Shown here one piece after another: positions 52,398 to 64,000 of a stretch of DNA of 64,000 nt. Made by a program: the position numbers and the translations under genes. The stretch is taken from assembly GCA_012295275.1 (NCBI GenBank), contig CM022665.1, forward strand, positions 10,354,001 through 10,418,000, given 5' to 3'. Source of the stretch: Chrysomallon squamiferum (lineage: Eukaryota > Animalia > Mollusca). Every line of letters begins with the position of its first letter. The stretch's first letter is position 1. The notes beneath the pieces are model-generated. The model had not been told where the DNA came from and did not search any database. It saw nothing but the letters and a program-made list of their open reading frames with translations.

Positions 52398-52770
52398 TAA
52401 CATCTGTATTTACTAAACCACATTAAACCGAGACGCGTCACTGCAATTAACAGCAAATGTAAATGTTACTGAGTTAATTCGACCGATTTATTATCGCAGT
52501 TCGTGACAGGAAACCGAGTTGCGAAAGCACACGGTCTAACTACTACGAAATATTTACTTACATGCATGTATTTCCTTTAATAAGAATACAGTTCATTGTG
52601 ACGTGGAGTTTATCTCAAATATTTATCACTAGATGTTTCCTTTTGGTGAAACCGCAAAGTGTACACTTCTAATATTTGGCGTAGCAATGCCATTCATTTT
52701 GTATGATGTTAGCTGCGAACATTTCTGTACTTAATGTTACACTTAGGATGTTAGATGTACAGATATGTTA
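52398..52770 (+). ncRNA. ~370-nt multibranch domain
   Basis: TAACATCTGTA 52398-52408 / TACAGATATGTTA 52758-52770; GCGTCAC 52435-52441 / GTGACGT 52598-52604; AATTAAC / GTTAATT; CAAATATT / AATATTTG. Confidence 0.5.
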
Positions 52771-53021
52771 CGTCTGTCCTCAACAAAACCGTCTTTGTCA
52801 GCCTCCGAGTGGGACTGTATACTTGTACGAGAGCGCAGTGCTTGCGTAAGTTTGATAATAAGCACACAGAAAACTCTTATTTTCTACAAAACTCATTTAA
52901 ACCGAAGACACACACTTTCCATAATAAAACAATATGTATGTGAATGTTGTTGTCATCATCATCATCATCATCATCACCATTATTGTTATCTGCTTCTTCG
53001 AGGTTATGATTGTTATTACTA

Positions 53022-53082
<61 letters not shown>

Positions 53083-53309
53083 ATATATATAGCTGGTTGC
53101 TAGATACAGTGTATATATAGGCTTTATAAATATATGTGCATATGCATACATACATACACATGTGTGTATAATAGTATATTTAAGTACAGACACACAAAAA
53201 TATGCACACACACACACATACACACAGATATGTACGAAATGAATGTTAAATATACATAAACATATCATAAAATTTAACGTAAATAGAACTGAATTTCTGG
53301 CATAATAAA

Positions 53310-53465
53310 GATACGAATGAGAAATCCTTGCAGTTATTTTTTAAATAAATCTTCCCATTGACAATATAACGTACCACGGGCACTTGATAACAGTCATGGG
53401 GATTTCTACAACTGAAATCATTTCAACAAGCATATTAATAAAATATTATCATCACGATCCATAAC
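53310..53465 (-). mobile_element. Decayed SINE fragment
   Basis: ACGTACCACGGGCACTTGATAACAGTCATGG (~53369-53400) aligns by eye to ACATACCACGACATCTGATGCTGCAGTCGTGG (43541-43572). Confidence 0.4.
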
Positions 53466-53727
53466 AGTACTTCTAAACACGGTACTACGACAGGATCTTC
53501 AGACATTTAAGAGTGTGTTTATGTGTTTTTAAGTATGTGCAAGTGCTCAAACAAGACCACAAAACCTTCTTTAATATTAAATCGACGCATATCTAAATCT
53601 TTTTAACTCTTGTTATACCAATAAGACAACTCTTCACTCATTTAGCGTGTAAACACACACAACGCCTTAATGGTTACTAGCTGCACTGGACACGTCCGTC
53701 TGAATAATTATCTACATTTATATAAAC

Positions 53728-53879
53728 TGACACGAACAGACCGAAATGTCAGCTTATCTTTGACATTCAGCAAGATGACCAATGGTTTGGACATAGCTGG
53801 GGCGCCAAGCGTAACTCCGAGAGTTGCTCACAAAGACAAATTGAGCTGGTTGCTGGTACGAGCGAGATAAGCAGTGTCG
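53728..53879 (+). ncRNA. Structured domain
   Basis: TGACAC / GTGTCG; GCTTATCTT 53752-53760 / GAGATAAGC 53864-53872; TCAGCAA / TTGCTGG; GTAACTC / GAGTTGC. Confidence 0.45.
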
Positions 53880-54021
53880 TACGATCCAAGAATTCTTTCT
53901 TCTCATTGAAATAGTTTCTGAAATTTGTAGAGTTTGTTAACAAGATATTTACATTAACAAACTGAATTATTATTATTATTCTTTTATTATTGTAACTTGG
54001 TTTTCTATTCTTAAAACAAAT

Positions 54022-54128
<107 letters not shown>

Positions 54129-54299
54129 TATATTCTAATTTGTAGGCTATTTTTTTTTATTACAGAATGAAATGGAGTTTTTTTTATTCTATGACATCTC
54201 TGCATATCACCTTCAGAACGTGTATATCTCATTTCCCTTTACTTATTTTCAAATTATTGTTTTCTTTAGCCAAACACGATCTGCCCGAAAGTAATTAAA

Positions 54300-55105
54300 G
54301 TTTGTTTCTCTACATCAAGGTTATATTTCATCAACACACCGTCACCTTTACACAAACCTATCTTTGATCGATTATTCAGAACAACAGAAACAAACAGAGA
54401 CAACTCATTTAACGTTGAAATGTTTAAAATAAACGCTCGTACACGCAAATCGCTCTTTTCAGCACGGCGGTCAAACAATGACAGAGTAAAAGTAAATTGG
54501 TTAAACACGGATTTACATTGCTGTATTTGACTTTTCTCTCTGTCTTCCAACAGAGTTTGTTTGTTGCCGTGCGCTAGTATGGTTCCTCGCGTTTATTTAA
54601 AGGGTGGACACCTAAACATCACATTTTCTTTTTCTACTGTTTTTTTTTTTTTTTTTTTTTTTTTAACCCAGCGGAACATTTCGCAGTGTTAAAAAAAAGA
54701 AAGAAGGAGAGCTGAAATGGTACACGGGGATAGATTTCCTAGAAAAACAGTTACAAACCTTGGCATTGCCAAGATACCGTTATACGCACGTTTGTTGTAT
54801 GTTTGTATGTCGCCGAGATTAAATATCAAGCAACGGTTTAAATCAATCAACGTTTGCTTCTCGACCATAACCCTCTTTATTTATTTGTCAAATAATAACA
54901 GTGCGATACGAACTCTATCTATTTAAAGAATACGTGACTTTATTCCTATCTTAATAGCTACTGAGAGACTTAAATATACAAATATTTCACTCGCTGAGAA
55001 TATCGCTAGTGAATCAACGACATTATGAAACGTAAAGACGGTCACAGAATTATCGCTAAACCGTAGAGTTGCTTTTTCATTTCCATCTGTACGTTTCAGC
55101 AACTC
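54300..55105 (+). ncRNA. Run of structured domains
   Basis: GTTTGTTTCT 54300-54309 / AGAAACAAAC 54386-54395; AAATAAACGC 54427-54436 / GCGTTTATTT 54589-54598 enclosing GCACGGCGG 54462-54470 / TTGCCGTGC 54564-54572 and GACAGAG / CTCTGTC; TGAAACGTA 55026-55034 / TACGTTTCA 55090-55098. Confidence 0.55.
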
Positions 55106-55297
55106 GCTTGTTTATATACGTGATAATGTTAATAAAAATCATTAAAGGTGGAGTGTCATAAGGGAGTTTTATTTTGTGAATAAATATTGTTTTGGGTTGA
55201 TTGTGATTTGACAATATTATAAAGAAAATATTAAAAAATAAAAAAAAAAAAAAAAAGTTCATAGAAAGAGAGACGAAAAGGAAAACAGATAAAACAC

Positions 55298-55302
<5 letters not shown>

Positions 55303-55392
<90 letters not shown>
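55303..55392. repeat. (GA)n microsatellite
   Basis: Direct reading. Confidence 0.95.
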
Positions 55393-55395
<3 letters not shown>

Positions 55396-55880
55396 GGGAA
55401 AACAGAAATGATCAGTTGAATAATAAAGACGTATTAACACCAGGAGTTCTTTTCTGTAACTTTCACGTATAGCTGAACTATCTATGAAGGAAAAAAACAA
55501 AACAAACAAACAAAACATAAAAAAATAATAATTAAAAAAAAAACCCACAAATTTATTAAAAAGAACGGGATTGTTTAAAAAAATCTTATCCATCAGATCT
55601 GGAAACCAGTTAAAGCCCCAGCCAGCGAAACGCACGAAGCACAGCGCTGTCGAACGACAGAACAGAAGAGAACATTATTTGCGTTCAAACCGTTCAGCAA
55701 AACACTAGTTTATAACCTCTGAGTGTCAAGGCTGAAAAAGAGCCCAGTCAGTCAGTCAGTCAAAACGTATTTCTTTAAGTAAATAAACAACTAAAATAAA
55801 TAACGTAGTAATTGTCTTCCTTTTCATGCACCAAAAACAAACCAAACTCGCCCTGTGATCTGTGACAATGAAAGTTTTTT

Positions 55881-55912
<32 letters not shown>

Positions 55913-56054
55913 TGTTGGCGTGGTCTAAAAAGGTCCTACTGAACTGGGGAGACATCAAAAACATGTCAAGCAAAAGAATTTGGCAACTACAACAATCCCT
56001 GTTACCTTTCTTCCTCTTTAACGACATTTAAAATACAAATAAACGCTGGCCAAG

Positions 56055-56216
56055 TATGTTGTTAAGAAGCAAGTAAATTGTTTCAGCAAATATTTTTATT
56101 GGCGCTGCAATGGGGCTTTATGTCCTGCAGTTGTTTGAAGTATTGGCTCTGTCTGGCTTCAGCGTGCACTTTGCTGAAACCAGAGACGATTAAAACTCTT
56201 TTCGTTTAGCAACATG
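56055..56216 (+). ncRNA. Long nested hairpin domain
   Basis: TATGTTGTTAAG 56055-56066 / TTTAGCAACATG 56205-56216 (12/12, 3 G-U); GTTTCAGCAAA 56080-56090 / TTTGCTGAAAC 56170-56180 (11 bp perfect); GCGCTG / CAGCGT. Confidence 0.6.
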
Positions 56217-56574
56217 GGCGTGTACTGGCAGATTTTCAGCAGAGGCTGTTCCTTTATTTTTCAACACTGTTGCACACTCGTATTTTATCACTTTTATCAA
56301 GCAAATTTCAAAGACTTGTACGCGGTTTATGTTAAACTGCCAACTGTACAATAATATGTAAAGAAAACTGATTTTAGCTGTTTGTTTTTACCGTCTGATG
56401 TATGAAAGATGTAAGTAATAGCTCCCCGGTTAGCGTTATTTATTTGAGCTTCGTTTAAAGAAAAAATATTATTGTACAGCATTTCATAGCATTGTTCTGT
56501 AATGTATGTGTATGTATGCTGTTCTTTTATATGTGTTATGTATGCATGTATCTATGTGTGCGTATATGTATGTA

Positions 56575-56616
<42 letters not shown>

Positions 56617-56990
56617 CATGGATGGATGTGTGCGTGTATGTATGTATGCATGTGTGCGTGTATGTATGTTTATATGTATTTGTGCGTATATGTATGTATG
56701 TGTATATGTGTGCGTATATGTATGTATTTGTGTATGTATATATGTATGTGTACATGCATGTAATTATGTATGTATGTATGTATGTATATGTACGTACGTA
56801 TTATGTACTTATATATTATGCACTTACATATATATATATATATATAAAACGAAGCATTCACATTCAAACACACATACCGACTCTCACACAATTATATTCA
56901 AGCACACACACTTGAGAATATGAACACATAGGTATAATTATTCACGAGTATTTTCTGTATAATTACTGGGAGGCGTCTCACCTACTTTCC

Positions 56991-57451
56991 CCACTGCTTC
57001 AAGTACAAGAGCAAAGAGCTAATTTCAATAGGACTGCACTCAAGGCTAGACAATGACCGCACACAAAAGCAGTGGTCAGCTTCGGACAGATTCGCAAGTC
57101 ATACGGGTCTGTCCACCTCTTAACTGAGTGTCACTTTCTATGTCCGCCCGGCAATCAAACAGCGAACATTTTCTGACCAATTACATATGAATAAATATGC
57201 CTCACTTGGACCAGGGCGTCACGTGGTTTTCTGGACTTAAGTCACCCGGGAACACGAGTGACCAAGACTTTATGGGATAGCTGGACCCAGTGGAATCGAT
57301 AAGTACCGAGATGGGACATAAATGTCATATCACTCGTGCCATCTGTCTGCGGCTCTCTCCGGGTTCGATGTTTTATAGCTGGTCCGGGTCCGGTTTTTTC
57401 TACTTTGTCTTGACCTCTGCGGCTGAACCGCGGCCCGGTTGGCAGTTAAGA
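56991..57451 (+). ncRNA. GC-rich multidomain structure
   Basis: CCACTGCTT 56991-56999 / AAGCAGTGG 57067-57075; GGACAGATTCG 57084-57094 / CGGGTCTGTCC 57104-57114; TCTTAACTG 57118-57126 / CAGTTAAGA 57443-57451; TGGACCAG 57207-57214 / CTGGTCCG 57379-57386; ACCCGGG 57244-57250 / TCCGGGT 57358-57364; CACGAGTGA 57253-57261 / TCACTCGTG 57330-57338. Confidence 0.65.
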
Positions 57452-57803
57452 AATAAAATTATCGTTAAGTTTTTACTAATTACTGCCAATAAATAGGAAC
57501 ATAAATACGACGTATAAAAACGACGGCGGACAGAAGGGAAATCTTGTCGCATTTGACGTTTTCGAGGTTTCACTGGAACAGTTAATGTGTTTGACATGCG
57601 ATGACACTTTGGAGTATTTCCAGTTTTCAAAGAGAACGGAGACTTACTGACTGCTTTGATCTGGAGTATTAATTTCAAAAGCTGAATAAACAGAAATGTC
57701 CTTATATTTAGTGTCTATAACCGAATTAAAGTATATATTAAATTTGAACAGTTCCTTTTATCTCAGTTCTAAAATACTTTTATGTATAATAGGATCAGGT
57801 TAA

Positions 57804-57858
<55 letters not shown>

Positions 57859-59176
57859 TGTACTAGCAGGACTAGCAGCAGCAGTGGCAATCTTAATGGC
57901 AGTAGTAGTAGTAGTAGTAGTAGTAGTAGTTGTTGTTGTTGTAGTAGCTGCAGCAGCAGCAACAATGGAAACAACAGTACATATAAATAAATGAAAACTG
58001 TTTTTGGTTAATCTTATACCCATCTGTTAAAATGCTATTACAACAGTTTTTAAGGGAAATTCTGATCATTTGTTGAACGAAACAAAACACTGTGAAATCA
58101 GGACTTTATAATTGCTGGATATGCACCATCTTGGTCTCCGTGCTTGACTTTTCTAACAAAAAGGTAACTATAGTTTGCGTCGAGAGAGTGACAAATGCTG
58201 AAATCTACGTGACACTATAAATGACACGCCAATGAGTCACTGAAACAAATAGAATAAAAAAATACATATTTTTCCCACTTGCCTCATTGCGGTAAACATA
58301 ACAGGGAAGCAGAGGATTGCCCATAGGTCGAAACTACAGACTTGAGTAAACCAAAAAAAAAAGATATAATTACTACTTTACTGTCAACTGGTTCGCGTAC
58401 TTAGATACATTTCAGTTATTTCTGTTTAACCACTCGGTGCCTGAACAAAACGGACAAAGGCACAAAAATAAGTTTCAATGAAAGCTGCAGTACTGCAGGA
58501 CTCGTGTGGTTAGGCTCACACTGCAGGATTGGTCCGTTGAATAACAAGTAATTGTTATTAGAACTTAGATCCTGGTGTTAGGGTTGGTTCATCTGGCGTT
58601 TGGGCTGGTTCGTAAACAAAACAAAAAAGAAAGATGATTATGCCGACACAGGTAAATAATGTCTAGATTAGGAGGGGATTGTTAAACATTGGTTTATTTT
58701 CATTTTTCAAGATGCTCGTTTGAGCCGATGCGCGACTGTACTGGTAAATCTGTTTGATGCAGGACTGCAGAAGGTAATACACCCTTGTGATTGATAAACT
58801 GCAGTTAAAAACATCTTCTTTGGAGTAAAGTGATGACTAAGCGTTCAGCCTCAGGACTGATATGTACTGGGATGCATATACTGATCAAAACAAAATGAAT
58901 CGGATCCTCTCTAACAAGAGAGAACCTCCCTAACATTGACAGTGTCTTGGTCAGACAATATTGTGGGTGCAAATACGTATGAAACAACTCATTAAATAAT
59001 TGAAAGACAGCATTAGGAACGTGTATTTTTGAAAAGGTATCGTAACTAATTAAGGCTTCTATAAAAATAAAAAAATAAAAATAATAATAATGAATAGATT
59101 TTAAAAAAATATCATTTTTTGTCTTGCCTATAAAGATATCTTTTATCGAAATTAACACACGAATTGAAAATATATG

Positions 59177-59255
<79 letters not shown>

Positions 59256-59648
59256 TTCTGTTTGATCGTTGTTTAGAAATACTGACTGTTCTATTTTAAG
59301 CATAGTTGTATAGTAATTATATTGCATTTATAATAGTAGAGAATAATTACACACACACATAAACTCCTGTATTGAACTACCTTTTATTATCTGCATGGTT
59401 GTCAAGTGCAGTACGTAACTCACATACATATTTTCTACCAATTAACTGTTACGAATAATAACGATTACTGTTATTACTTTTAATTTATGTTTACGTCCTT
59501 CAGCTCTATTATATGCTACATATGTACATACATATCTCGCCTTTTGTCTTTTTATATTTTTATTTCTTGACATTTAACTGATCGTTCCAGAAATGATTTT
59601 CTCCACGCATCACCTGTTTTCATTAAACTGTCATAACTCAAGAGTATC

Positions 59649-59757
59649 TGTTTGCTATCGCCTTCATTCGCGGACTCTCGGTGCAGTTCGGGTTCATTGT
59701 GGTAGATTCGGGTGAACAAATGTGTTTGCACCTAAAGGCCCGTTATCATCGCAAGCA
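59649..59757 (+). ncRNA. Unbranched interrupted hairpin (~110 nt)
   Basis: TGTTTGC 59649-59655 / GCAAGCA 59751-59757; GGTGCAG 59680-59686 / TTGCACC 59726-59732; GTTCATT 59692-59698 / GGTGAAC 59711-59717. Confidence 0.45.
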
Positions 59758-59928
59758 TTTCGTTCCCAAATGATAAATTTGATTACGTGTTTTACACTGT
59801 TCCCCGCTGTTTCAGCTCACGTGACATTTAATTAGAAGTGTTGTGCAGTATAGTGACACTTGTTTTTGTTTGTGAAATTTTTTTTTTTTTTTTTTTTTTA
59901 AGCTTCGTATTTTAATTTCTTTTCTTCT

Positions 59929-59973
<45 letters not shown>

Positions 59974-60109
59974 GACGAAGAAGAAGAAGAAGAAGAAAAA
60001 AAAGGTTTTGTAATATGTCATGTGTTCCCGTCTGATAATAAATCGTCTGTGTGTATAATCTGTGATAATAGGATTGCTCGTAAAACTGACGTCGCGTAAG
60101 TTGTTGAAG

Positions 60110-60643
60110 CGGTTGTAGTAGTCGTTGTCGAACTAGTCGTTTTCGTAGTAGTAGTAGTAGTAGTAATATAAGTAGTTTTATTTGCTGTTCTTGCTATTGT
60201 AGTAATTCTATAGATATTGTAATGAACGTTGTGGTAGTTCTTCTCGTCGTAGTAGAAAAAATTGTAGTAGTTGTTGTGGTAGTTGTAGAAGTAGCGTTAG
60301 TCGTAATTGTTATAATAGCTCTATAGGAGAAGCAGCATAATAAGAAAGTAGAAATAATATTAGTGGTAGACTATTACTGAGCAATTAAACTAGTATTAGC
60401 AATAGATGAATTATTATAAGTAATATAAGTAATAGTAGTAATGGTAGACATAGAAAAATAGTAGTGGTAGCAGCAGAATTCATATTAACCTGTGCTGTAG
60501 ATATGGTTGTTCTGATAGTAGAAATAATAATAGTTTTAGTAGCAGTTTTCGTGATATTTGTATAGTAAGATGATGGTGGGAGTACTGATGATGATGGTGG
60601 CAGTGGCAGTAGTGGTAATGATGGTTATGATGATGATGATGAT

Positions 60644-60680
<37 letters not shown>

Positions 60681-60930
60681 AAGTAGTAGTAGTGATAGTT
60701 ATGATGGTAGTAATGTCATAGTGATATTAATGATGACGTATAAAGAATAAGATGGTGTTAGAAGTATATAGAAACCATATCATTAATATTAATTATTATA
60801 ATACTTTCTGACCATTTCAAGGATGGATCTACTTAATAGTGAGCATCATCACCAGTAGTAGTAATAGTAGTAGTAGTAGTAGTAATAGTAGAAGTAGTAG
60901 TAATGTTCTAATAGTAATGGTGGTGTATTA
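60110..60930. repeat. Long degenerate (AGT/GGT/GAT)n low-complexity tract
   Basis: Direct reading. Its 3' part contains a diverged direct duplication ending TTCAAG.ATGGATCTACT (~60830 and ~60990). Confidence 0.85.
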
Positions 60931-61072
60931 AGAGTAAGAAATATAGAGAAACTACATCAGAAATATTAACGAGTTCAAGAATGGATCTACTTTTATTTTA
61001 TAAATGACTGATTACGTAAACCAAAGATTTATGAAATTTCAATGGTTTCTTTCACAGGTGGTCGGACATGTT

Positions 61073-61320
61073 TATGTTTCTTGGTTGGAATTTCGAAAGC
61101 ACTCAAGCTGAACCTGAAACTATTTTATTTAAGTTAAAAATCTTGTACGACAAATGACTCTTGTCATAAGACCTCACAAGAGAAAGCAATTGCGATGAAA
61201 GAATTCTGGCTCGGCTATTAAAACAGAAACGTGCGGAATCCAGCCTCATCTGGAAATTACATTTGTCATACACTCGTAACCAGTGACAGGGGTGAGGAAA
61301 ACAGCACACTACCCAGCTTA
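61073..61320 (+). ncRNA. Structured domain
   Basis: TATGTTTCT 61073-61081 / AGAAACGTG 61225-61233; GTTGGAATTT 61084-61093 / GAATTCTGGC 61201-61210 (4 G-U); CTCTTGT 61158-61164 / ACAAGAG 61176-61182. Confidence 0.45.
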
Positions 61321-62110
61321 CGTTTTGTCTCAGTTTTTATGCTTTTATTACGTTAACGTAAAATACACGTGGTAGGCCTATGCTTTCGGCTAATTTCTTT
61401 TTACTATTATTATTATTATAATTTGGTTTGCTCACGGGTAACTGTTTCTTTTATAAGTTTCTCGCTATCAGTATTTATTGATAATTAAATAAAATGTACC
61501 AGTCTTGAGAACATTCATGATAGCTTACAGATTCCTTTGTTTCATAAGGTCGAGAAATTCGGAAAGAAACATTTGTTATATTTAGTAAGAAAATCATTGT
61601 ACAGCTGACGTAACAACTTTATTTATTTATTTTTATTTTTATTTTAACTTTTCTTTCGTACAAAATTACTAAATGAAGCCAACAGAAAGTGGTAGCCTCT
61701 AAACCTCTTCAAGAATTGTTACTGATAGAGAAGTTTGCAGTCTAAATTTATTTAGTCAGTTGTTTTGCGTATTATTTTGTTTAGTTGAGTATTATTTAAA
61801 TACTGTTTTTTTATTATGAAAATACCTATTTTAAAATTAATAAATAATAAATAAATATAACGGAGTTCTAATGGATATTTGTGCATTCATAAACCGTTGT
61901 TGATTTGTTATTTTAAATATTAGTTTCGAAAAATATACTGCATTATGTTACCAAAAGAAGAAAGAAAGAAAGAAAGTATGAAAAGAAGATGAAAAAAGAA
62001 AATCAGTCAATGTTTACCTTTTTTCATTATTACATTACTTTTTCAAATATTTAAAAAATATATATATATAAAAAAATACCCACAAATATCTCTACGTAGT
62101 TTAGCCAAGT

Positions 62111-62424
62111 GCGTAGCCCTTTTTAGCAACTGACAGAGACTTTTGCTGTCAAAGAATTTAGTTCTTAGAGTTATCTGGCACCAGAGGAGACTGTAGCAGG
62201 CACCAGACATGGTCAGAGCATTCTAATGTGTGTTGCCTCCAGTTTCGCAGATATAGTCTCATTAATATTTCCAAGATCTTTCCCAAACGCTTTCCATCGG
62301 ATGTCAACAATATCCACAAGATGGCCATTTATTGTAATGTTCTGATTCAAAATTTTACATTTAAATCGTTCATGGCAATTGATATACATATTCAGTGCCT
62401 GTACAAAATACAGAGCAACTACGC
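62111..62424 (+). ncRNA. ~310-nt multibranch domain
   Basis: GCGTAG 62111-62116 / CTACGC 62419-62424; GCAGGCAC 62196-62203 / GTGCCTGT 62395-62402; GTCAGAGCATT 62212-62222 / AATGTTCTGAT 62336-62346 (11/11, 2 G-U). Confidence 0.55.
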
Positions 62425-63258
62425 TGGAAGCAACCACTGAATTTTGAAACTGAGACTGTAATATTCTTGTTTTTCATTTTTGTGTTCGTTTTTTTTCCCA
62501 ATTAGAGTTTAAAAAAATTATTGTCAAGGGAATTGAATTCACCAAACTGTTCTGAACGGCAGCGGAAACAATTAGATTCATGGTGTATTCCTTTAACATA
62601 TTGGTCTTGATGTTAAAGTGATTACTGTGGCTCAAAAGCGAGAGTTACTAGGATCGATTCTAGATAAGCTTCTTATCGAGAGTAAACTAGGGAAGAAGAT
62701 AAATAGTTTTAATCAGTCTTCTAAAACCATCTAACCTTATTCTGAACAGACAACCAAAATGAAGAACAAGCGCTGACAGAATAACGTCAAGACTTTTCCT
62801 TCACAAGCTATAAGAACAGTCAAATTGTGTTCTATACTTCTACTCCGTTTAAAAAGAACGTATACCCAGAGGAGGGGAGTGTTCTGTTATTACGTACGTG
62901 GAATGTGCAGGGGGCAAAGGGTTCGCTAACAAAGTGTGTACGTCGGTAGATGGAACTGAAAAATGCAGCCATGATAGAGTTTTAAATTCCAGTCAAATGT
63001 CAAGTTTGTTTAAACTATTTAAATAAACGTAACTTGTGTTAGTTCTTGAATGTTTAATTCAGTGTAAAATGTATGAAATTTATGTTCATGACGGATTCCC
63101 GTTCATTTCTTCAATTTTTAAAAAGAATTTTATGGAAGATCGATCTACGCCCTTCACATATGAATAGAGCTAACAATTTTCTGGCGTATGAACGTGCTCT
63201 AAAGGAGGGAAAATTTATTTTAAAAAAAAAAAATGTTTTTTTTTTTTTATAGTTGTTT

Positions 63259-63298
<40 letters not shown>

Positions 63299-63677
63299 AT
63301 TTTGGGTATAAATACTTTACCGGACGTTTCCAAACAAACTGATATCTTTTCTGGAATTCGGTTTACTTGATTCGAAAAATTAAACTTTTCAAGCAGACAA
63401 TTCATTATGAGAGCAGCAATAAAACGGTTAAAGAACTCACGTCCCTTAATCTTCAAATCTCTCTTGATTCAAATATAAATATATATTTTATTTCAGTTTA
63501 AGTAACGAATTTACAGTTTGATCACTAGATAACTAACTTGCTTACGGTCCCTTTTATCCACGTTAGATTTAACGTATAAATCAAAAATCCCCCACCCCCA
63601 AAAAAAAAAAAAAAAAAAAAAAAAAGAACAAAAAAAACAGGATTTCATTTCAACAATAACTGTTGACAACTTGAAAT

Positions 63678-63919
63678 GCGAATCTCCATCAAACTGGATC
63701 TTCTTCCTCTATACGTCAGGGTTAAGGGATGTCATACCTTTAATTTAAACACGTATTTCATGTTTGAGAGGCTGGCGACTGGGGCAGATAGACGCCAGCA
63801 CATGACAGTGTTAATTTCGGCGTGTAATTGACGTGACACTGTTATCGACGTACATCAAGATGCAGATACGGACGACCGCGAGTCATTAGCTTCTGCCGAC
63901 AGAGGAGACTTTTGTTCGC
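63678..63919 (+). ncRNA. Multibranch domain
   Basis: TTCCTCT 63704-63710 / AGAGGAG 63901-63907; TACGTC 63712-63717 / GACGTA 63847-63852; GCTGGCG 63771-63777 / CGCCAGC 63793-63799; TGACAGTGTTA 63803-63813 / TGACACTGTTA 63834-63844. Confidence 0.55.
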
Positions 63920-64000
63920 TTGCCAGTCACCACGACAAGCGATTCAATATTTTAATCATCTCGTATTTTCGGATAACATGATATGCCTGACCCATTTATA

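Overview
AT-rich eukaryotic (animal-type) non-coding DNA. I find no credible protein-coding region: the six-frame ORFs are translations of microsatellites or short chance ORFs. The window alternates low-complexity tracts ((CT)n/(GA)n, (CA)n/(TG)n, (TATG)n, trinucleotide runs, poly-A/T) with 150-600-nt islands of unique, CpG-retaining sequence. The main observation is that nearly every island I examined (more than 50, by eye) folds into a nested, often multi-branched hairpin domain with 7-16-bp helices. The non-Watson-Crick positions in these helices are mostly G-U when read on the + strand. The islands show no obvious shared primary sequence, and some helices close across inserted microsatellites. 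This suggests a very long + strand transcript (lncRNA, giant intron or UTR) built as a chain of independently folding RNA domains joined by simple-repeat linkers. That is inference: helices were found by eye, with no folding energies, shuffled controls, covariation or expression data. Also present: a hAT-type MITE with TIRs and an 8-bp TSD, a second decayed MITE, a fold-back element, decayed tRNA-derived SINE copies (resembling from memory a gastropod SINE family, unverified) and several minisatellites.
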